NCBI RefSeq assembly: GCF_006345805.1
Contig: NC_043001.1
Location: 120,032,001 to 120,096,000 of the forward strand
Source of the DNA: Octopus sinensis
Taxonomy: Eukaryota
Length of the DNA stretch: 64,000 nt
Reading direction: 5' to 3'
This document shows, piece after piece, positions 27,345 through 39,960 of this stretch (positions within the stretch are counted from its first letter, which is position 1; each line of letters opens with the position of its first letter). The notes beneath the pieces were generated by a model. That model was given only the letters and a program-made list of their open reading frames with translations. It did not search any database and was not told the origin of the DNA. The translations under genes were made by a program, and so were the position numbers.

Positions 27345-27472
27345 GCCATAGCTGTGTGTTTTAGACGTTCACTTTGAAATCATGCTATTCTGAGTTCAAC
27401 CCCACTGCGGAGCGCCTTGGAAAAGTGAGATTTTATCATAAAGTCAAATTGAGCAAAATATTCTGAGTGAAT
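27345..27472 (+). mobile_element. Degenerate SINE family B head
   Basis: gctgtgtg...gagttcaaccccactgcggagcgccttggaaaagtg. Confidence 0.55.
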
Positions 27473-28379
27473 TTTTAATAATAATTAATAATAAAAATAT
27501 GATATAACAACAAAAACATTAATAACCCGCATGTTTTTTACATTTTGGAATTCTTTGTAGACATGTTTCCTCCTAGTGAGCACATCATTTCCTGTGTCTC
27601 TTATTTTCAAGTTTCGTCAGAAGTTTCAATATACTCTAGTTTATCTTTCGTATTCCCGTAAAGTTGAAGAACTACGTTGGGGTACAAGTTCATTGACCAA
27701 GGACTTTCAGCTTTTGTATACTGTCATTTTTTTCTTCGGCTCCTTTTTTCTTATTAGTTTCTCACCCTTCTGTGGTCCCCATTTCCCTCCCTATTGCCAT
27801 GAACGATGTGCGACAGTTGTGCTGCTTAAGATTCTGGGCGGCCCTGTTTTGCAAGAGTTGCTCTTTCATAATTTTCGTCGTCATTGACGCCTGATGCTCG
27901 CGACCCTGAGAACCTCTTTTCTGAGCTTGTTTCCACTCTGTTCACGTCCAGATCCGCGCCCAGTGGAGCTCGAGAAACTGAGTACCGGAATCATCTAAAA
28001 TCTTTATATCTGGGGCCTGCTATTGTTGGTTCTGTTGGTTCTGTTGCAACTCTCCATCCCCCTTTATTCTTTCACTCTCTTCCGTTCCTAGATAGAAATC
28101 TCTCTTGCTGATTTTACTACCAAAAATGTAAAAACTGAATCTTACGTTTTGCACCACTAGCTTCACAGATCCTTTTTATTCTGCCGGTGGGATGTTTCTG
28201 GGATAGTGCTGTGGTTTTCTGGATAACCATATCGTTGCGGATCACCGTTGCATTCACCAAGCATCTTTATTATTGCGCGAATGAGACAAATAGCGAGATA
28301 GTCGATACATGTGATGCTAATGTTCCTCAAACTTAATGTAAAGTGGCATTATCCAGTATGAAAACATGCATGTCACTTG

Positions 28380-29739
28380 CTCAACCTGTCGTTTTACCTC
28401 GTTTTCTGTCTTAATAATCAGGTACACAGTCAACTCGATGGAAAAAAGATCTCATCACATACTAGCGAGGGACTCCTCTATCACCACTATCGAGAGATTC
28501 TGGAAACCCTTTCCGTTTGTGTTTTGAAAAAGAAAAACAGGCTTTATACTGTAGAACTTTCCATCTCGATCCGTCTTTGGTAAATTGTAGGAAATAAAGC
28601 ATATTGAGGTTGTTGTGGAGTGCTCGCAATACGTAAGTGAATGTAGCAAATTGACTCAAAAAGAATATAAAAAGAGGCATGACAATGTAAAAATTCAGTG
28701 CATTGGGGAGTATGTGAAAAGATTGGTCTTGAAAGGACATAGAAAATGTTATAAGCTTAAACCAGAAGGCATCACCGAGAATAATGAAAATAAGATCTTG
28801 TCGGATTTTACCGCCCGATGTGACTCAGTGATTAATGCTCGGAGACCAGACACAGTTGTAGTTGACAAAAGGATGAAGAAAACCAAAATCAAAGATATTG
28901 CCATACCTGGAGATGTACGAGTGGATGAAAAAGAACTAGAAGAGATTAAAAAGTACAAACCACGACAAGATGAGATTACACAAATGAAAGCAATGAAGAA
29001 AGTAACTGTGATCCCAGTAGTTGTTGGGTCACTGGGAGCATTAACAACCGAATTTGAGAAATTTGTTGAAGAAATTGAGATTGAGATTGAGATGGAAGTG
29101 GAACATGTTCGGAAAACTGTTCTGTTGCGGATAGCGAAGATTTTAAGATTGGTATTTGGATATTAAGTATCGTGGAAAGAGATCCTGACAAATGAAATGG
29201 AAATTATGATGCAATACCAGGCAGTGGCTCCCATGGCTTCTGATCTTAACTGATTGGAAGTGTTATCATGTACGTTGTTTTGTCTTGGTATAAAAGATGG
29301 GCTACAGCAAATATTCTGCTCAATACCACAGATTTGCTTGTCAGTTGCTTGACTATTACCAGTGGTTGACGATATGTGCATCTCTGATCCCGAGCAGAAG
29401 TAGTGGGGGACCATCATAGCTATGTGCTGAGAGGAATTCTTTGGGGTTTGGATTATTCACATTTGGAAGCATGGGTGTTTTGTTCAACATACTTAAACAA
29501 CCCTTATTCAGGGACATCTTGAGCAGGAGGGGCTACTCAACCTGAAGAAAATTCTAACTGGGCCCTACCTGCAAGGTCATGTGCTGTTTATCATGATATG
29601 AGATCACCATGTCGCACGCATATGGTTATGATGCATGTGACTGGTATACCCTTATCAGACGGGTAGTCATGATGGGTATACTGGGCTTTGTATATTTTAC
29701 CCCAGTGTTACTTTGATGGCATGCACTGCTCTCTCACTC

Positions 29740-29740
<1 letters not shown>
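28380..29740 (+). mobile_element. R4/Dong LINE 3' end (zinc knuckle, RLE) with downstream UTR-like region ending in (TAA)n
   Basis: ORF 28615-29166: YKKRHDNV, RRPDTVVVDK, DIAIPGD..EKELEEIKKY, IPVVVGSLG; (TAA)n at 29740-29790; left boundary approximate. Confidence 0.88.
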
Positions 29741-29779
<39 letters not shown>

Positions 29780-29789
29780 TAATAATAAT

Positions 29790-30785
29790 GAGATTCAGTG
29801 AATGTCATGCACGAATAGCTGCACAACTCAATATCTTGTTAAAAGCCAACCAAGTAACACCATCAGGGTGGTTGACATAAGGTAAGACAGTGCTGTGCCT
29901 GAAAAACATCGAAAAAGGCAATACAAGTCGATATCCTGTTTGCCAATTATATGGAAGTTATTGACTGGAATACTCGCAGAGTCAATGTACGAACATCTGA
30001 AAAAAAAATGAAGTCCTGCCACACGAGCAGAAGGATTGCAAGCGTAAGTGCAGAGGTGCCAAGGATAACTCCTGATAGACAAAACTGTACTCAGAAACTG
30101 CAAGAGGAGGAAAAGTAACTTAGCCATGTCATGGATCGACTATCATAAGACGTACGATATGATCCTACATCCTTGGATTAATGGACTGTATGAACCTATT
30201 TGGTATTGCATCGAATGTTGAGCGATTGCTTGGAAAAGGCATGGCGAACTGGAGGACGGACTTGACAGCATACGGAAGAAGTTTAGGGACAGTAGAAATC
30301 AGGAGAGGTGTCTTCCAAGGGGAGTACTTGTCCCCACTGATCTTTGTACAGTGCATGATACCACTAACATTGATTCTGAGGAACGCAAAGGCTGAGTATG
30401 TATTCAAAAGCCGCCAACAAAAAGTCAGTCACTTGTTATTCCTGAATGACCTCAACCTTTATGGTAAAGATGAATGCCAAGTCAGTTCCCTCGTTGATGC
30501 GGTGAATACTCTCAGTGCTGATATCAGAATGGAGTTCTGACTGAAAAAGTGTGGTGTGTACCAATGATTATCAGAGCTCTGGGAACAGTGAATAAAAATC
30601 TTGAGAAGTACATGAAACAAATAGGAGCTGCAATAAGGGTGGAGCACTAGCAGAAAACAGCACTGCTTGGAACCGCTCGAATACTCCAGATCGTGTTCGA
30701 AAAATAAGGGGTGTTACCTTAGTTCAACTGGTAGTGCGCAGCTGGCACTGTAGTACATCTCCAGTGCGAGAAGCTGTGCAAAGAC
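29790..30785 (+). mobile_element. R4/Dong LINE RT fragment with internal deletion joining RT to the extreme C-terminus
   Basis: ISCLPIIWKLLTG, WIDYHKTYD, RRGVFQGEYLSP, SHLLFLNDL; near 30557 jumps to RALGTV...QKTALLGTARIL. Confidence 0.9.
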
Positions 30786-30799
30786 AATAACAATAATTT

Positions 30800-31233
30800 T
30801 TCTATTAGAGGCACAAGGCCTGAAATTTGGGGGAAGAGGACTAATCGACCCCTAGTACTCAACTGATACTTATTTTATCAATCCCGAAAGGATGAAAGGC
30901 AAAGTCGACTTCGGCAGAATGTGAACTCAGAACGTAGCGACGGTCGAAATGCTGCTAAGTATTTAGCCAGGCGTGCTAACGATTCTGCAAGCTCGACGCC
31001 TTAATAATAAGGATAATAATACTTTCTACTATAGGCCAAGGCCGGAAATTTGCGGGTGGGAGGCTAGTCGATTACATCGACCCTAGTGTTCCAGGGTTAC
31101 TTATTTTATCGTCCCCGAAAGGATGAAAGGCAAAGTCGACCTGGGCAGGATTTGAACTCAGAACGAAGCGACGGGTGAAAGGCTGCTAAGCATTTTTCCC
31201 GGCGTGCTAACGAGTCTGCCAGCTCGGCACCTT
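30800..31233 (-). mobile_element. Two tandem full-length SINE family A copies
   Basis: Copies at ~30800-31003 and ~31022-31233, separated and flanked by TAA-rich tracts. Confidence 0.9.
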
Positions 31234-31272
31234 AATAATAATGATAATGATGATGATGATTTTCTCTATATG

Positions 31273-31344
31273 AATATGGAATGCTTCACGAATTTGTGTC
31301 ATCCTTGGGCAACAGCCATGCTAATTTTTTCAGTGTTGTTCCAA
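31273..31344 (-). pseudogene. 5'-truncated U6 snRNA pseudogene
   Basis: Reverse complement TTGGAACAACACTGAAAAAATTAGCATGGCTGTTGCCCAAGGATGACACAAATTCGTGAAGCATTCCATATT aligns with the 3' two-thirds of U6; ACAGAGA box mutated. Confidence 0.9.
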
Positions 31345-31539
31345 CAATAATGACATTTGTTTGTAATTCTGTCACAAACAAGACATTTTGAAATACGATA
31401 CCATTATATTACTAGTACTCTTTGAATCGATGAAAGACGAAAGGCAATGTCAATCTGATTTCAAACATCAAGTGACGTAATGAAATACGCAAGTTTTCAG
31501 TATAATAGGCCATTATCTCAACTACTGCTACAAATATTG

Positions 31540-31752
31540 GGTTCACATTTTGGTACAAGGCCAGCAAGTTCGAGCGAGGTGGTAAGTCGATTATATTGAC
31601 TCCAGTGCTCAACTGGTACTTATTTTATCGACCCCAAAAGGATGAAAGGCAAAGTCGACCATGGCGGAATTTGATCTCAGAATGTAAGCGCGGACAGAAT
31701 GCTATTAAGCTTTTTACTTGGTGCGCTAACAATTCTGCCAGCTCGCTGCCCT
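31540..31752 (-). mobile_element. SINE family A
   Basis: Core aactggtacttattttatcgaccccaaaaggatgaaaggc and head gccagctcgctgcc. Confidence 0.88.
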
Positions 31753-32072
31753 ACTACTACTATTAATACTAATATTAATAATTGTGTTTTTATGTTCCAT
31801 TAGTCACAATGTCGACTCAGGAAAAAGACTATAGTACTTTTGTGTTCATGTTATTGTCTGCGCTTGTATGTTTGTGTGTGTATGTGTGTGTGTATGGGTG
31901 TGTGTCTTTGAGAGAGCATAAAACTTTGCATTTGTCAATTGAGTAAGATGGAAGTTTGGAATGTCCATTCTTATAGGAAGAGCATAACCGTCATAAATGA
32001 AAGAAATTTGCTTCAACGGGAATCAAAGTCCATTCGCAGAGTCTCTCGTTAGAACTTCTTGTTCTACAGAGA

Positions 32073-32107
<35 letters not shown>

Positions 32108-33119
32108 AGCATGCACACACATCCATAAATATACACAAGCACACACACATGCACAAAAATACAGTAACATACACACGCACTCGCGCATACACACAACACA
32201 CTCCCTCACATAGTATTGCATTTAATATTCTCATGTCAATCATATAATGGGTATTTCGATTATCTAATGACTCATATTTCTGGCGAATAAATTATGCTAA
32301 TTTTGTTTTCTTGCGGTAGTTAGGTTTCATTTCACATCAATGCACACATGTTCTCCCCAACAGAATATTTATATGTTACTCATGAATGTACAGATTAATT
32401 TATATTCCGATGCATATTTACCAATAATTGTCGAAGCGAAATTATTTAACACACCACTGGCCGTATGAATTAATTTTCCATAAAAATATATTTCTTACCT
32501 TGCTCGAAAATATTCTACGCATTCAGAAGATTTGTCTCGTTTTTACCATCGTTTAGCATCAGACCAGTTTGGATTCTTCAGTTTTATGGTCAGAGGAGTC
32601 CCAGATGTGCGAGTCTCTCTTTGGTTCATATGGTGCACATAGAATTGCGTTACTCCAGTTTTAAGACTAAAGGATGCGTTCTAAGATTTTGCTGCTATTT
32701 CTAGGAGGTCGAGCAGTTACGTTGCGGCTCCAACGTTGATTTTTCTGGTTTTTATCTGGAGTTTGTCAACCTATCGCCTTGGTATTCGTTCACAAATGGT
32801 AATTCAAGAGTGGAAGGCCTAGAGGGATAGGCTTCGTTCGCTACGCTGATTTTATCATTTGCTTTCTGGTCAGGAAAAGCTGTGGAGACAACCCCTTGAA
32901 TTTAAATTAATTAAAGTTGAATTAAAAATAGAATAGATTCTCATGTCTAATTGTATGGTGACACCTCTCAACATGTTTTGGTATAATTAAAATTCATCGG
33001 CAAAGTGTTGTTTGACCGTTAATGCTAGATCTAAGAGATTGTGAGATATGGAGAGTTTTAGCAAATAAACATTGACTAACATAACGTACAAAAATGTTAA
33101 AGACTCATGAAACTGGAGT

Positions 33120-33355
33120 GTGTCCCGGTTTCCTTGGCATTGAAACAACTAAAATTAGATGATCCTCTATGAACGAGATGTCAATCCCTTTTAGGGTTAA
33201 CCCAGCTGCTGCTAGACCTCATTCCGGCTGATAAAGACTGGAGTAGCCTGAAATGAAGTGCATTGTTCAAAGACACAATGCGCTGCTCGGTTTGTGAGTC
33301 GAATATACGACTTTACGACCCAGAGGCCTACACTCTAAACACAGGGCAACATGTC
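33120..33355 (-). mobile_element. Degenerate CORE-like tRNA SINE (family C)
   Basis: gactggagtagcctgaaatgaagtgcattgttcaaagacacaatgc...gagtcgaa is the reverse complement of the family C body. Confidence 0.6.
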
Positions 33356-33736
33356 TGACATTTGGCGGCGCACTGATAACTCTGGATGTGTTTCTTTCTT
33401 ATTAAACCTCACTAACGAAATATTGTCTACATATTACTTTCCGATATCAGATGACAGAGGGATATATAAGTGGTTTTAGTGGATGAACAATGACAAGCGT
33501 GACAACTTAAAAGCATTACTGATAGAAATATCCTGAGACCACTGCTGTATGAAAACAAATAGTAAAGTAGGCGGTAATGCTCTCAACATAATGAACTAAG
33601 AGATTATAATTAATGAAATTCACACGAGAAATGATAAGGAAAATATCATTCTGATCGTATTTCGCTCTGCCAAACTGCATCCTCGGCACATTGCATAGTA
33701 TTTACCAGAATTGAAATACCGGGAAATTCTTTTTCT

Positions 33737-34130
33737 TTATCTTTCTCTTGTTTCAGTCATTGGTGTATGGCCATGATAGAGCACTTCTGTGAAGGGATCG
33801 AACAAATTGCCCCTGGTAGTTATTTTTAAATTTGGTGCAGTTGGTCTATTGGTCTTTTCGGCTGAACTGCACAAACCAATATCAGTTGTCAAGCGGTGGA
33901 TGAGAACAAATGCAGCAATAAATATAAACACGCGCGCGCGCACATACACCCCCCCACATACACACTCGAATATATATACAACGGACTTCCACACAATTTC
34001 CGCCTACCAAATTCGCTCGCACGGCATTGATTAACCTGGGGCCTTAGTAGAAGACACCCATGGTGTCGCAGTGTGGGACTGAACATTAAACCACGCGGTT
34101 GCAAAGCGAGGTTCTCAACCATTCGGCCAT
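33737..34130 (-). mobile_element. SINE family B, near full length
   Basis: tcttgtttcagtcatt...gttgtcaagcggtg...gcagtgtgggactgaac. Confidence 0.75.
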
Positions 34131-34715
34131 GCATCAACTTACAAAACCTCACCATTCAACACAACAACAGCATCGATTTCACCGATTCAATTGACACAGA
34201 TGACCTGATGGTCTGAAAATCTGATGAACATCCCCTTCTCTCTTAGTTATATGCAATACAACCTCTACATTTCATTTCACCCTCTACCTTTTAGGAATCG
34301 GGGAAGAAATAGAAGAATCAAAATATGCTATTATTTATGAATTTCTTCAAATCATAACAGAACCGTTAAATGAACAGAAATGGATCGATTACACCTATTC
34401 GAAAAACGAAATCAGTTCATGGATTCAGCTTCCTAGATACTTATCCTTAGTGTTCCATGCTACGGTGGGCGAACGACAATATATATTCTGTATAATGAAC
34501 GTACATTTCTGTTCAAGCAGCAATTTTCCTCTAACCTTTTAGTCAAAGCAGGTTAGGTTACAAGGATAACAGCGTTAGCTGATATGCTTCACTGGATTAG
34601 TTGGAACAGACATGCGTAATCTGAAACTTATGTTTCTATTTAATATCATTATCTCTCAGCAATTCGCTTTGAAGGACAAGGCTTTGGCTATATTGACTAG
34701 ATATGTGCTTTATGG

Positions 34716-34764
<49 letters not shown>

Positions 34765-34995
34765 TATTATTATAATCGTTGCTGTTGTTGTTGTTGCTGC
34801 TGTTGTTATTGTTGCAGTTGTTGTTATTGTCAATGTTGTTTGTTGTTGCTATGTTAGAAAACCTTATCCTATTATATCCATTATATAATGAGAGTAATAT
34901 TGACGATGATAGAATGATGTGTGTTACTGCTATCGATAGGTGTTGTAGCGGTAGTGGAGGTGACAGCAGTGGTTGCGGAGGCAGTGAATGAAGTC

Positions 34996-35038
<43 letters not shown>

Positions 35039-35270
35039 AGGAGGTGGTAGTGGTGGTGGTGGAGGTAATTGTGTTGACGATAGTATCGGTGATGATGTAA
35101 TTTGCGTTGGTGTTAAAATAACAGTGGTATTATTGACGTTAATGGTGGTGGTGGTAGTGTTGTTGTTGTTGTTGTTGTTGTTATTGGTGGTGGTGGTGGT
35201 GGTGGTGTTGATAGTTATAGTAATATTAGTGGTGGTTTTAGTGACAATGGTAATAGTTAAAGCAGTGAGG
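34716..35270. repeat. Compound trinucleotide microsatellite block (TTA, TTG, GGC, GGT)
   Basis: Seen directly. Confidence 0.85.
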
Positions 35271-35274
35271 ATGG

Positions 35275-35430
35275 TAAGGCTGCAAATTGGGTGAGTCTGC
35301 AGTGAGTCGGATAGAATGTTTTGCAGTGTTCGGCTCTCTGCGCTCTGAGTCCAAATCTCACCTAAGCTCACTTTTGCTTTTTATCTCTTCGAGGCCAATA
35401 AATGAAATACATATCAAATACTGTAGTCGT
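35275..35430 (+). mobile_element. Degenerate SINE family A
   Basis: ctctgagtccaaatctc...ttttgctttttatctcttcgaggccaataaa. Confidence 0.5.
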
Positions 35431-36869
35431 TCCACATCCTCTCTCTCCATCCATCTCTCATCTCTCTCTCTCTCTCAGAAATAAGTAATGCGGATTCATA
35501 TGGCGGCCCCATCGATACTTTTGTCACTAGTCACTAAATGGATTCGACAAGAAGGAAAATTATGATAGTTATTGTTCTTGTTTTTCTTGTTCTTGATTAA
35601 GCCAAGATGAAACGTGACCGAGCAGACATATAATTAAAAGTATTTTCAACAAAACCATATTTGTTTTTCAGATATAACGTACCTAGAATTACATGATCTC
35701 TCGTATTTTAAGATGACGGTGTGAATTGAGAGTGATTTAGCTGCTATTTAAAGACGTTCGTGTTACCAAGCAGAATTTCTGTGATTGTTGTGTACCAATT
35801 GTGCTGTACCAATTAGGGAGGCTGGTACTGTATATGTTGTTTTACTTATTTGTGTGACCGCTCGAGTCAAGAATGTTGTCTGCGTTGTTCAGGCGAAGTC
35901 ATAATTGATCGGCTAGTAATAAATCGATAACAGGTGTACAGTTGATCAAATAGTTACTAAACGTGGCCCATATATCAATTCTTCAACATATAACCTGCGC
36001 CTGTCTAATCAAGGACAATGCTGTATACTCTGACATTCAGTGTTTTAATGTACGGAGCAGTTTGGAGTTGTGCTGGCCGTCTAGTGTCCATTTGTTTTTG
36101 TGCATCTATAGAGAACTGAAGAGCTTGTGGACATCGTTGACATGATGGAACACGACAGCTATCCTTCTATCTTATTTATATATTCATATGTACTATATAT
36201 TATAGTAAATGATATCTATATATCTTTTATTTACTCCTTGTGAGTGATATTGCTTGAATTAGATGGTGGATATCGCATTAAATTGCGGAATAATGTTGAG
36301 AAACGGAAATAAAGGCTAATGGTATTGACGGTTGCTGTGGTAATAGAATTGTTGGTGGAGTTAGTAATGTACATACATAAATTTACGTGCGTGTAGCTAG
36401 CTGGATAGATAGATAGATACGCAAACATTCATGCACACACACACACACACACACACCCAATTTATTTTTGGTATGGGAAGGATACGACAGACTGTTACAA
36501 TGTGTTGTTTCTTAGAGATAACAACAAATGGCGCAGTTATGAGCTAGATGAATGAGTATGCTGCAGTTTTGCAGGATATTTCTTTGCTCCCGAACATTCT
36601 TGATAAAACTAGAGAACGAGGTGGTTCCCTCTCACTAGGTTTAAAGGATTATATATGGTGAAGACTTTTGCCGAGAATCTATCGTAGTTCCAAGGAATAC
36701 AATTAGGTGAAATGAAAAGAACTTTATAAGCCACTACAATGGAAAGGATGTATCCTCTCAACGGAGAAGTGGACTGTGGATTGCTTTTGGCACGTGCAGA
36801 TTGATGCCTAGGTAGGTACGGTTTCTACAATTGAAAAATTATTTATTTATCCATTTATCCATCTGTATG

Positions 36870-36900
<31 letters not shown>

Positions 36901-36977
36901 GTATCTATCTATCTATTTGTGTATATGTATATATGTCTCCAAGTAATTTTTAAGCTCTGAGCAAACGGCTATTATAA

Positions 36978-37885
36978 ATCACAAATTAGACAATAGAACA
37001 AGAGAAATCAAGAGAAAAAGCAAGCTAGAGGTAGGTTCAAAAAGTGAAATGATAAAAAAAAAACGGAAAAAGAAAAAGGAAAAAGAAAGCAACAAAGAAA
37101 ATGAATTAGGATTATGTCTCCTTTGATCGTTGAGTTGTAAGGCTAGATAGTGTAAAATCAACAGAAGGGATCTAAAGTTCGCGATACAGCTCCTTAATCC
37201 GGAGGGGATAGTGTTCTCCAAATCGTCAAAAGAAATTTGTTTAATGTTTACATTTGCTGAACATTTCTGATTGGAATTCAACAGTGCGGTGAAGTTCTTA
37301 GATTTAAAAAGAATATGCGATCTTTCAGCTTCCCATTACTTGCATTATTTGGCCTATTAACATATAGCATGGACTTTTTTATGACTTTTCAACTATATTG
37401 TATGTGGCGTGGCGTTGGTCCCCCAACCCCATATGTGGCTAGCCAACTCAGTGGCTCTGCATTTGTTCATGTACTGGAGGAGAAGATAGGGGCTTAGCAA
37501 AGCGACATTTGAAGTCGCGTTCGCATAACTCGATTTAAATCTTTTAGGCTTATCGTATAGCGTTGCTGTAACTTCTGCCTCATATATGCCGGAGTTTATC
37601 ATACAACCTTGGTCGAGCGGACAAGCATCAGGGTCTCGAATGTAACAACTGGAGAAAAATTAACCTTTCCGGATTGAGCAGCTGTATCGCAGGCTTTTAG
37701 ATCCTTTCTGTTGATTCTACACTGCCTAGCTTTACGATTCCACGACCAAAAGGAGCATAACCCTAATTCTTCTTATGTTCGTTTTTCCTTCTTTTCCTGT
37801 TTTGTTTTTCACTATTCCACTTTTTGAACCAACTTCACCTCGTTTTTTCTCGTGATTTCTCTTGCTCTGTTGTCCTGATTTGTGA
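36978..37885 (-). mobile_element. Penelope-like GIY-YIG fragment bracketed by ~210-bp inverted repeats
   Basis: Minus strand CYIRDPDACPLDQGCMINSGIYEAEVT...ATELASHIW; 36978-37192 is a diverged reverse complement of 37678-37885. Confidence 0.72.
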
Positions 37886-38667
37886 CTTGTATAGGCCAAG
37901 TGCACAAAGCCTGAAGATACCTGGAGACACTAGGCTCTTTTTAAAACCTGACTAGATAATATATTCAATGCATGAAGCTATTAGTTGCTTATAACTATAT
38001 ACTGTGTACATTAATATTCATCTTACACTAGATGGAGTACTTTTTTATTGATCTTTCTTTGGTAGAAAAGTAAGCTATTGCATATTTATATATGTGAGTG
38101 TATGTATGTATGTATGTATGTATGTATGTATGTATGTATGTATGTATGTATGTATGTATGTATGTATGTATATATGTATGTACGTACGTACGTATGTATG
38201 TATGTATATATCCCTGACAAGCTTTATTCTTGTGAAGGGTTGGCGTTGACCTTTCTCTCAAAATTTGTTTTCTGTTGCCTACATTATAAATAATTGTTCC
38301 AAACTTCTAATAACAATAATAAATTATGAAAAAGTAATGAAGTGGCAGTTAAAATGCAGAAATAAAATAAAATTTAGAAAATGGAGGTATAAAAATTATG
38401 ATGCTTTGAATTTTAGATACATATTGTCCGTCAACGATTTCTAAGAAGCCTATTTAAATTTCAGCTGGAATTGTTTTATCAATTAGAATATTTTAATTAA
38501 GCATATCATCTTTTTCTAATCCGCTTTCAACAATTTTCTATATCTGTTTCCATACATCTTTAAACCTGTCATTCAAGTATATAGTTGTATTTGTCCATTT
38601 GTTTAGCATTTAGGACTGATAAATCTATCGTCATTATGAGCGTGCTAGTTAATTGTTAAATAGCGAG

Positions 38668-38810
38668 TGTGGCTGCGTAAAGTTGTTTGCTTGGTAACCA
38701 CGAATTATCAGCTTCGATCCGACTGGCACATTGGGTAAACTTCCTTCTGTCATAGTCCAGGTTTGGGCAATGTCTTACGAAAGAAATTTGCTTTACGGAA
38801 ATTTGTCTAA
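38668..38810 (+). mobile_element. Degenerate SINE family B head
   Basis: gtgtggctgcgtaaagttgtttgctt...ggcacattgggtaaac. Confidence 0.55.
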
Positions 38811-38984
38811 TACATACAAACATATCCATAATCGTTTGCCCGACAAAATACATTTTATCGGACAAAAGATAATTGAGTAAATATGTATTTTATTCACTGT
38901 CTGCTCTTGTTTGAGTACTTTAATCTAAGTGTCCTGACATTTAAACTTTGAATATATGCCTGTATATGAAAGAAAATAAGATGA

Positions 38985-39220
38985 CAAAGCAATAAACGAT
39001 TATCTTCTGAACTTCATTAGCTTACGGTTGTTTTTGCCAAATGATTCAGTGGACTTGTAGTTGAGTGTTTCAGCAACATCTTATAGTTTCATCGGAGACT
39101 GTGCTTCATATTCGAGGCTCTGATGTAGCTATAAGGTGTAACTCAACTATGAGTCAATTGCATCTCATGTCAGAAACAGCTGTAAGCTAATGAAGTCCAT
39201 AAGATAATCATTTACTCTTT
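38985..39220. repeat. Diverged fold-back element of ~235 bp
   Basis: gattatcttctgaacttcattagcttac and gtaagctaatgaagtccataagataatc are complementary; right arm has ctgatg and gaaacagctgta. Confidence 0.8.
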
Positions 39221-39282
39221 CGGTTTTACACTAGGTCTCGCAATGCCTAAGTAAAATACATACATACATACACACACACACG

Positions 39283-39377
<95 letters not shown>

Positions 39378-39534
39378 TTATAGTTGAAATTTACAGAAGA
39401 ATAAAAGACGAAGACAGGTATATTAGTTTAACGCTCGGGAAGGTGAGAAAGTATCGAACTTCGCTCTTCAACAGAAAAGAACATGAGGAAATAAACAGAC
39501 AGAGTATAAAGAAAACCTTTGGAGCAAGCGGTCA

Positions 39535-39580
<46 letters not shown>

Positions 39581-39606
39581 ATATATATACTTATATTATA
39601 TATATA

Positions 39607-39960
39607 GGCGTGGATGTGTGACAAACAGCTTGCTTCCCAACACATGGTTCCGGGTTTAGTCTCAGTGCGTGACACCTCGGTGAAGTGTCTTCTGCTATTG
39701 CCTCGGGTAGACCAAAGCCTTGCGAGTGGATTTGATAGACTGAAACCGAAAGAATCCTTATGTATGTATGTATGCATGTATGCATGCATGTATGTATATT
39801 CATACGTACAGATGTGTGTGTGTCTATGTGTGCGCGTGTGTGTATTTATGTATGTGTCTGTGTTTACCCCATCACCACCGCTTGACAACCGGGGGTTGTG
39901 TTTACGTCCCCGTAACTTAACAGTTCAGAAAAAAGACACCGATAGACTATGTACTAGCTT
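39607..39960 (+). mobile_element. SINE family B
   Basis: ttgcttccca...gaccaaagccttgcgagtggattt...cgcttgacaacc...acgtccccgtaactta. Confidence 0.88.

Noticed and set aside
27480-28130. Possible minus-strand 5' region of a Dong LINE
   Set aside because: Context is suggestive but no diagnostic motif could be read
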